Shown here piece after piece: positions 1 to 5,038 of a DNA stretch of 46,856 bases. Both the position numbers and the translations under genes were made by a program. Every line of letters begins with the position of its first letter. Within the stretch, counting starts at the first letter, position 1. The stretch comes from a virus: IMG/VR virus record IMGVR_UViG_3300016665_000380, positions 1 to 46,856 of that record; one strand, given 5' to 3'. The notes under the pieces are model-generated. The model was not told the origin of the DNA. It was given only the letters and a program-made list of their open reading frames with translations, and made no database searches.

Positions 1-197
1 GTCGATTCGCGGGGACGGAATTCTAAGCAAGGCCCGGAAACGGAGGCGGAAACGTAATAGTCGCGCAGGTTGAAAGCGGCGATTCGTTCGCCATCGGGGA
101 AAGGGAGAATTGCCAAGCATTCGTGAGGCTGGCCGACGTTGCGGGGACGGGGAATCGTGCCGATTCGAAAGCAGAATTCAGCGAGTGTTTCTTTCAT
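1..197 (-). other. Duplicated 5' part of the 46539..46808 ORF (consequence of the terminal repeat, not an independent gene)
   Basis: The ATG at 197 and the codons after it are the same bases as 46808..46612. The ORF runs off the window edge. Confidence 0.7.
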
Positions 198-245
198 GGA
201 TTTTGTTTGATTGATTTTGACTGACGAATTCTACCTACCGTCGCC
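1..245. repeat. Terminal direct repeat, left copy (245 bp; identical to 46612..46856)
   Basis: Read directly: bases 1-245 (gtcgattcgcggggacgg ... ctacctaccgtcgcc) recur base for base at 46612-46856, exactly at the two window ends. This implies a complete genome with a 46611-bp unique unit. It is either the assembly overlap of a circular/permuted genome or a true short DTR. Confidence 0.95.
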
Positions 246-254
246 GATAGGTAG
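231..254 (-). promoter_or_regulatory. Intergenic RNA hairpin: 10-bp stem closed by a GCGA (GNRA) tetraloop in mRNA (minus) sense
   Basis: The reverse complement reads CUACCUAUCG-GCGA-CGGUAGGUAG: nine Watson-Crick pairs plus one G.U. In plus sense the same position is a C.A mismatch. It lies 11 nt after the stop of 266..637 and 33 nt before the ATG at 197. A covarying second copy is at 45800..45823. Confidence 0.55.
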
Positions 255-265
255 TTGTTCGGCAT

Positions 266-637
266 TCAAGCCAATTCAGCGTATGAATAACCTTTCAAGT
301 CCTCGCGGATTGAATCGGAAACGCCGGATTCGAAGGCTTCCCAGAGAGAGCAAGAATCGTCCGACTCGTTGAATTCATGGGCGATGAATTCGAAGGGAGA
401 AAAGTCTCGCGAATTGGATTCGGCAGCGAAGCAAAGCAATTCGTGGTATTCAGCGATGTTTTCAGCCGTGACGGTTTTGCCAAGTCCAATCCAATCGATT
501 GAACGGTCGATTGAATCGCCGATTGCGGGGGCGTTATGGCAAGCGATGCCATGGCCGTGATTCCAGCCCATGCGATAGGCTCGCTCTAGGTTGGAGTCGA
601 TGGCGTAGGCTGCAGGGATTGATTGAGGGTAGTTCAT
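266..637 (-). CDS. Hypothetical early protein (123 aa, acidic C-terminal half)
   Basis: ORF track. The ATG is directly preceded by the CAAAATCC leader shared by neighbouring early genes. It is co-oriented and tightly spaced with its neighbours. No family recognised with confidence. Confidence 0.75.
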   Translation of the reverse strand: MNYPQSIPAAYAIDSNLERAYRMGWNHGHGIACHNAPAIGDSIDRSIDWIGLGKTVTAENIAEYHELLCFAAESNSRDFSPFEFIAHEFNESDDSCSLWEAFESGVSDSIREDLKGYSYAELA

Positions 638-654
638 GGATTTTGGATTGAGGT

Positions 655-750
655 TTAGAATTGGGAACGGAAAGCGACGAAGTAGATGACGAAAGCGACG
701 ACAGAGAAGACCAGAGCTTGAAGGATGAATGAGAGGATTTTGCGCTTCAT
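655..750 (-). CDS. Possible 31-aa single-pass membrane peptide (MKRKILSFILQALVFSVVAFVIYFVAFRSQF)
   Basis: Hand-translated because it is below the 60-aa track cutoff: ATG at 750, TAA at 655-657. It fills the gap between two co-oriented genes. It has a basic N-terminus followed by a ~20-residue hydrophobic run. No RBS seen. Confidence 0.3.
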   Translation of the reverse strand: MKRKILSFILQALVFSVVAFVIYFVAFRSQF

Positions 751-754
751 GGTG

Positions 755-1036
755 TTATTCGGCGAAAGGGTTAGATTGATTGATGGGGAAAACCAGATTG
801 AGAACAAAATGCCCTTCGTCGCCGTCGCCGTCGTCGGAAACGGGGATGGACGGGTCGTCGCCGAAGATCGTCACTCTGTCGGGGAATCCGTCCCAATCAA
901 CATCGTCGAATCGAGAACGGATGAAAGCGATTGCAGAGTCAATGTCAGCAAATGGAACGGCGACGGAAACGGGCTTGGCCGTCGCGATGCTGTCAGCGAT
1001 TGCGGCGCGAATTGCGGTGTTCACGGGAGACAGCAT
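755..1036 (-). CDS. Hypothetical early protein (93 aa from ATG 1036)
   Basis: The track ORF 755..1060 begins at a TTG; the first ATG is residue 9 (1036). The protein is Asp-rich (DWDGFPDRVTIFGDDPSIPVSDDGDGDEGH). It is the first gene of the minus-strand block, next to the divergent control region. Confidence 0.6.
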   Translation of the reverse strand: MLSPVNTAIRAAIADSIATAKPVSVAVPFADIDSAIAFIRSRFDDVDWDGFPDRVTIFGDDPSIPVSDDGDGDEGHFVLNLVFPINQSNPFAE

Positions 1037-1060
1037 GGGCCGGAAACGGGGCAGAGTCAA

Positions 1061-1176
1061 AAAGAATTTTGAAAAATTTTGAGAGCGGAAAAACTGGGGT
1101 TTTGCTGGGGTTTTTCGATTTTCCTGAACAACTGGCGTTGACGGTTGAAAAATTTTGAGCGGGGCGGACCTGGTTT
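1061..1176. promoter_or_regulatory. Divergent, repeat-dense intergenic control region
   Basis: It lies between the leftward gene 755..1036 and the rightward gene 1234..1686. It contains an exact 15-mer, TTGAAAAATTTTGAG, at 1069-1083 and 1145-1159. AATTTTGA occurs three times (1065, 1075, 1151). CTGGGGTTTT occurs in tandem at 1094-1103 and 1105-1114. GGCGTTG occurs at 1134 and 1194. No convincing sigma70 -35/-10 pair was found by eye. Confidence 0.4.
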
Positions 1177-1233
1177 TTGGGGGATGGAAAAACGGCGTTG
1201 CGCCTAGCTACCTTGGATTGCAAGGTACCGGAG

Positions 1234-1686
1234 ATGAAACCAGAGCAGTGGACGAAAGCAAAAAGCCTTTATCTTGCGGGAAAGACATGGAAAGCGATTG
1301 CTGACGATTTGGGGCTGAATCAGTCAACGCTACTCTCGAAAGCTTCAAGGGAAGGATTGCCCAAGGTGAGGAAGGAATTGAGAAACACGGTTTCCTCTAA
1401 AGAAACCGTTTCTTTGGAAACACTCTCCGCTCTAGTCCGTTCAAAGCTCGCGCAGGATGCAGCGTCAACGATTGAGCGAGTCAACGGGTACGACCTCGAA
1501 GGATTGAAGGATGAAGCGACTCGCGAGACTATCCTTGCAAGCGTTGCAAAGCGGTCTGCTCTCACGTTTGGCTGGAGTGAAGCCGGTGAATCTCCGTCTG
1601 TCAGCGTCAACATACTCGGTGCGCTGCCGGATCGATCCGAAGTCAGGGTTGAAAGCCACGGAAACGACTCTTCTCGGACAGTCTGA
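1234..1686 (+). CDS. Helix-turn-helix DNA-binding protein; candidate small terminase subunit
   Basis: Track ORF 1177..1686. The ATG at 1234 (residue 20) has AAGG 8 nt upstream. The N-terminus (KPEQWTKAKSLYLAGKTWKAIADDLGLNQSTLLSKASREG) is an HTH of the kind that opens many TerS proteins. The gene is about 150 aa and sits beside a tandem repeat array. It is not adjacent to terL, so the TerS call is tentative. Confidence 0.5.
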   Translation: MKPEQWTKAKSLYLAGKTWKAIADDLGLNQSTLLSKASREGLPKVRKELRNTVSSKETVSLETLSALVRSKLAQDAASTIERVNGYDLEGLKDEATRETILASVAKRSALTFGWSEAGESPSVSVNILGALPDRSEVRVESHGNDSSRTV

Positions 1687-1704
1687 TAATGCATATTATC
1701 AGAC
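1681..1704 (+). other. Perfect 10-bp-stem hairpin overlapping the stop codon of 1234..1686
   Basis: gtctgataat-gcat-attatcagac, read directly. There is no U-tract after it, so it is not a typical intrinsic terminator. Confidence 0.6.
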
Positions 1705-1729
1705 GTTGCCTAGACATTTGATGTCCTAT

Positions 1730-1784
1730 GGGGCGACGGGGCGACGGGGCGACGGGGCGACGGGCGACGGGCGACGGGCGACGG
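1730..1784. repeat. G-rich tandem repeat (GGGGCGAC)x4 (GGGCGAC)x3 GG
   Basis: Counted directly. There are four 8-mers at 1730-1761 and three 7-mers at 1762-1782. The array is intergenic, between the TerS-like gene and 1824..2420. Seven G-runs of 3 or more separated by CGAC fit the canonical G-quadruplex pattern on the plus strand. Confidence 0.9.
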
Positions 1785-1823
1785 AGGAAGAAAAGGATTG
1801 TTTTCCTACGGGATAACTAGAGA

Positions 1824-2420
1824 TTGGCGACGACGGGGGCGGACCCCTTTGGGGGTGGGGTTCGTTTACGATACCCCCCTCAAAAATTTTTCGCCTTTTT
1901 GAACGCGATAAACAGAGTCAAAATCGGTCAAACTATCTCTTTGTGTACAGCGGAGAGGAAGTTGGCTCATTTTGTTGCGAAGAATAGAAACTCTCGTAAT
2001 CGGCATTTTAACGTCTCGAATCTGAAGATCAGCAATGCGGATGCTGCGACTGTTGATTTGGAGGGTGTTTGCGGGGAGATAGCGTTCTGCAAGCTGTTCA
2101 ATGCGTATCCTGATTTGGATACGGATCGGAATCCTCCCCATCCGCTTTTCGATTGTGTTGTTGGCGATGGACTTCGCATCGATGTGAAGACGACCAAGTG
2201 GAGTACCGGGAAGCTGATTGTCGATGCGCGTAAGGGGGACAAGACGAACGGTGTGGATTACTATGCGTTGATGACGGGTCAATTTCCGGGTCCGTACACG
2301 TTCAGGGGATTCATCGCTAGAGAGAAGCTGATCATTCCATCGAAGCTGGGGACACTGGCCAACTATCAGACGTACAAGTCGTACATTGCTGATCAGAGCG
2401 AGCTGACAGAATTATTCTAA
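1824..2420 (+). CDS. Putative PD-(D/E)XK-fold nuclease
   Basis: ORF track; TTG start, so the true start is uncertain. The motif order E (CGEIAF) ... D (FDCVVGD) ... IDVKTTK fits the E-D-(D/E)xK nuclease core. No homology search was run. Confidence 0.45.
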   Translation: MATTGADPFGGGVRLRYPPQKFFAFLNAINRVKIGQTISLCTAERKLAHFVAKNRNSRNRHFNVSNLKISNADAATVDLEGVCGEIAFCKLFNAYPDLDTDRNPPHPLFDCVVGDGLRIDVKTTKWSTGKLIVDARKGDKTNGVDYYALMTGQFPGPYTFRGFIAREKLIIPSKLGTLANYQTYKSYIADQSELTELF

Positions 2421-2608
2421 TTGACATTTGGAAGCGTTCTATCGCTCCATCCGGCTCATCGACCTTAAACGAGAACGTGGATTGGTCGTCCACAGCAACC
2501 CGTCTAAGCGGAGGTGACGACCGCAAATGGAGGTGGGTTAATCGCCATCGTGTGATGGAGGGGTGGCCTACTAAACGTCGGTAAATGTCGGTTTAACATT
2601 TTCATCTC

Positions 2609-3856
2609 ATGGCTTGTCCTAATGTCTTTAACGCCTTCGCTGTGGCTACCGAGTCGCTGGCGCAGGATGTCTACAAACGCGCCTCGTACCGCTCGATGTG
2701 GCTCAACATGATTGAGCGTGGCGAGTATCCTCAGGGTACGGGTCTGACTCAGACCTCGTTCACTACGACCTCTATCGAGCCGACTGCGGCTGAGGAGTGG
2801 TCTGCCATCACGCTTGCCTCTGGCAACCCTGGTTCGAATGGTGGCGCGTGCGATACCACCTACAACGATGTTCCGGTCGGCTACAATGCCGTTACTTGGA
2901 GTCCTGAGAAGTTCGCCCTCAAGGGGCCTCTGCTGTGTAAGGACGATCTGACCTTCGATCATCGTGTCGAGGCGTTCTTGCGTGTGTATCTGGAGAAGCT
3001 CTCGATCCGTGCGCAGCGGAGCTGGGAGACTCGCTATCAGAACATCTTCGCGAAGTACGCCATCAAGGCGATTGCTGATTCGAGCTTCACCCAGACCGAG
3101 GCGATTCCGTCGGGCATCAATGAGTTGCCCTGGATTCAGACTGGCTCTGTGGGTCAGGCGTTGAATCAGGCCACCTCGGAGCTGACCCAGGAAATGCTCG
3201 ATGTGGCTGCTGCCACGCTGATCCGTAATGGCGCGACGAACCCTGACAGCTCTGGCTTCATCAGCTATTCGAGCGATGGTCCGGTGTTCCCGCTCTACAT
3301 CGGTCTGGAGGCTTCTCAGCGTATCGCTCAGAACAACCCTGCGTTCCGCGATGATATCCGCTATGCTGACATGGGCAGCGGCAGCGGTGCTGAGTTGCTC
3401 AAGCGCATTGGTGCGAATCGGGTCATCAAGAACTTCCGGCATGTGCCGAATCTGTTCCCGCCCCGCTACACCTATGCTGGCGGCAAGTACACGCTGGTTC
3501 AGCCGTTCACCAGCAGCTCCGGCACGAAGGGTACTGTGTTCAGCGTCAACCCGAACTGGGTTACCGCGCAGTACGAAGCTGCGTTCATCGTCACCCCGTA
3601 TGTGTTCAAGTCGCACATCGTGCGGCCTATCAACCGTGTGGGCGACTTGAGCTGGATGCCGACCAACTACATGGGCGAGTGGCAGTGGGTGACTGGTGCC
3701 TACAAGCTCGATGTGGATTGCGTCGATCCTCTGGAGAAGAAGGGTCAGCACTACGCCGAGTTCGTGCATGCGCCTGAGCCGATCTTCACGAACCAGGGCA
3801 TGACGATCATCTTCCGTCGCTGCACTGGCGCTCTGACCCAGATCATTTGTTCCTGA
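2609..3856 (+). CDS. Major capsid protein (by elimination and expression signals)
   Basis: A 415-aa ORF whose codon bias is strong enough to leave a 472-aa antisense ORF open. Two tandem intrinsic terminators follow it. No other ORF in the genome is a plausible coat protein, while portal, scaffold and terminase are all present. The fold was not verified. Confidence 0.7.
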   Translation: MACPNVFNAFAVATESLAQDVYKRASYRSMWLNMIERGEYPQGTGLTQTSFTTTSIEPTAAEEWSAITLASGNPGSNGGACDTTYNDVPVGYNAVTWSPEKFALKGPLLCKDDLTFDHRVEAFLRVYLEKLSIRAQRSWETRYQNIFAKYAIKAIADSSFTQTEAIPSGINELPWIQTGSVGQALNQATSELTQEMLDVAAATLIRNGATNPDSSGFISYSSDGPVFPLYIGLEASQRIAQNNPAFRDDIRYADMGSGSGAELLKRIGANRVIKNFRHVPNLFPPRYTYAGGKYTLVQPFTSSSGTKGTVFSVNPNWVTAQYEAAFIVTPYVFKSHIVRPINRVGDLSWMPTNYMGEWQWVTGAYKLDVDCVDPLEKKGQHYAEFVHAPEPIFTNQGMTIIFRRCTGALTQIICS

Positions 3857-3881
3857 TAGGAACAAACCACTAACGAAAAAT

Positions 3882-3918
3882 CCGCAGGCCCCAGAAAGGC
3901 TTGCGGGTTTTTTCTTTT
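3882..3918 (+). terminator. Intrinsic terminator 1 after the capsid gene
   Basis: ccgcaggcc-ccagaaa-ggcttgcgg (9-bp stem with one G.U) followed by gttttttctttt. Confidence 0.8.
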
Positions 3919-3980
3919 CCACTAGATTCGCCTCGGTTGATTGACTCTAGGTTGTTTGTCTAAAAGCTCCATCACGGAGC

Positions 3981-4020
3981 AGCCCCTCATTGGCTCGAAA
4001 GGCTGGTGAGGGGTTTTTGC
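3981..4020 (+). terminator. Intrinsic terminator 2 after the capsid gene
   Basis: cccctca ... tgagggg stem (3983-3989 / 4007-4013) followed by tttttgcttt. Confidence 0.65.
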
Positions 4021-4061
4021 TTTAGCATTGACAAGTGTCCGCACGGTCTGATGCTCGCTTC

Positions 4062-4346
4062 ATGCCGAGTTTTACTCTCCCCCAAGGCGTTGAAATCCCT
4101 GAGAATCTGAAGGAAGGCGAGGCGTTCCAGACGATGGCCACAATCATCCTTGGCAAAGGTGGTAAGGCTGAAGTCATCGAGATTGATGGCGTTGCTATTC
4201 CGGGTTACGAGAAGAAGTCCAAGGGGAAGAAGATGGCCGAGGATTACGAGGAGGAGGACGAGGGGGAGGAAATGGCAGGGGGCGGAGGCATGCGCGAGGG
4301 CTTTGTTGCCGAGGTGATGCGTCGTGGTTCCGGTCCGATGGCCTGA
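4062..4346 (+). CDS. Hypothetical small acidic protein
   Basis: Track ORF 4035..4346 (GTG start); the first ATG is at 4062. It has a Glu/Asp-rich tail (EDYEEEDEGEEMAGGGG). Function unknown. Confidence 0.55.
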   Translation: MPSFTLPQGVEIPENLKEGEAFQTMATIILGKGGKAEVIEIDGVAIPGYEKKSKGKKMAEDYEEEDEGEEMAGGGGMREGFVAEVMRRGSGPMA

Positions 4347-4369
4347 TTTTCATTCGGAGGTAAAACGCT

Positions 4370-4795
4370 ATGGCTGCTATCTCTTGTGCCGATGCAACGA
4401 CGCTGATCAACGAGGCGGCTGCGCTGGGCTGTCGTTCTCCTTGGGAGGTTGAGTTGGCCAAGCTGGCGATTGAGAATCGTATCGCGACGTATCTTCAGGG
4501 TGGTGGAGCTACGCGCGGTTCGGTTCGAAGCGTCACGACCAGCACCGCTGTTCAGAGCGGCGACTACCTCATTCTGGCCGACTCGACCTCCGGCGCGATT
4601 ACCGTTTCGCTGCCGCCTGCGGCGATTGTTGCCGGGCGTATTTTCGTCATCAAGCGGATCAATGCCGGAGCGAACAATGTGGTTGTCGATCCTACCGCTT
4701 CCGAGACGATTGATGGAGCTTTGACTTACACGTTGTCTGCCCAGTGGAATTCCGTGACGATCATCAGCAACGGAACCTCCTGGTTCATCATCTAA
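4370..4795 (+). CDS. Fibre-associated / receptor-binding accessory protein (putative)
   Basis: GGAGG lies upstream of the ATG. The N-terminal ~50 aa are paralogous to 4802..5020. The beta-rich C-terminal half (GDYLILADSTSGAITVSLPP...VIKRINAGANNVVVDP...ETIDG...SNGTSWFII) resembles modules seen on phage fibre proteins. The gene sits directly upstream of the tail fibre gene. Confidence 0.55.
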   Translation: MAAISCADATTLINEAAALGCRSPWEVELAKLAIENRIATYLQGGGATRGSVRSVTTSTAVQSGDYLILADSTSGAITVSLPPAAIVAGRIFVIKRINAGANNVVVDPTASETIDGALTYTLSAQWNSVTIISNGTSWFII

Positions 4796-4801
4796 GGAAT
4801 T

Positions 4802-5020
4802 ATGGCCAACATCACATGCAGTGACGCAGCCACGCTGATTTCTGAGGCGTCTGGAGCGTCGTGCAAAAGCAGCCGAGAAAAGGCGTTGCTTGAAATTGGC
4901 CTTCTTTGGAGTGCTTTGACCAGTGCCAGTGGTGGCGGGGCGACTCCGATTACGGCGGATAACACCTACATCAAGGCTGATTCCACCGTGATTACTGCGG
5001 ACATGACACAATTCTCGTAA
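4802..5020 (+). CDS. Small fibre-associated protein sharing the N-terminal module of 4370..4795
   Basis: AAGGA lies upstream of the ATG. MANITCSDAATLISEA...GGGAT aligns with MAAISCADATTLINEA...GGGAT of the preceding gene. Confidence 0.55.
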   Translation: MANITCSDAATLISEASGASCKSSREKALLEIGLLWSALTSASGGGATPITADNTYIKADSTVITADMTQFS

Positions 5021-5038
5021 CAGAAAACATTACATAAC

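Noticed and set aside
1730-1784. Tandem repeat considered as a CRISPR array
   Set aside because: The units are 7-8 bp with no spacers, and no cas genes are present. It is a simple tandem repeat.
1511-1816. 101-aa plus-strand ORF spanning the G-rich tandem repeat
   Set aside because: It overlaps the 3' half of the TerS-like gene out of frame. Its C-terminus (GATGRRGDGATGDGRRAT) is just the repeat array translated.
2504-3922. 472-aa ORF on the minus strand covering the whole capsid gene
   Set aside because: It is antisense to a strongly codon-biased gene. Its translation is Arg/Leu/Ala-rich low complexity with no motif. It runs through both capsid terminators and against the local gene direction. 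This is the typical shadow ORF of a biased gene.
4028-4056. Sigma70-like promoters built on perfect TTGACA hexamers (also at 2421..2426 and, on the minus strand, 41665..41670), possibly giving leaderless mRNAs for 4062 and 41632
   Set aside because: The matching -10 hexamers are poor (gatgct, cacttt). A perfect TTGACA is expected by chance about 20 times in a genome of this size on two strands. They are not called without TSS data.
4244-5011. 255-aa minus-strand ORF opposite 4370..5020
   Set aside because: It crosses three plus-strand genes that have good RBSs and a paralogous relationship. Its composition is Arg/Ser/Gly-rich and it has no motif.
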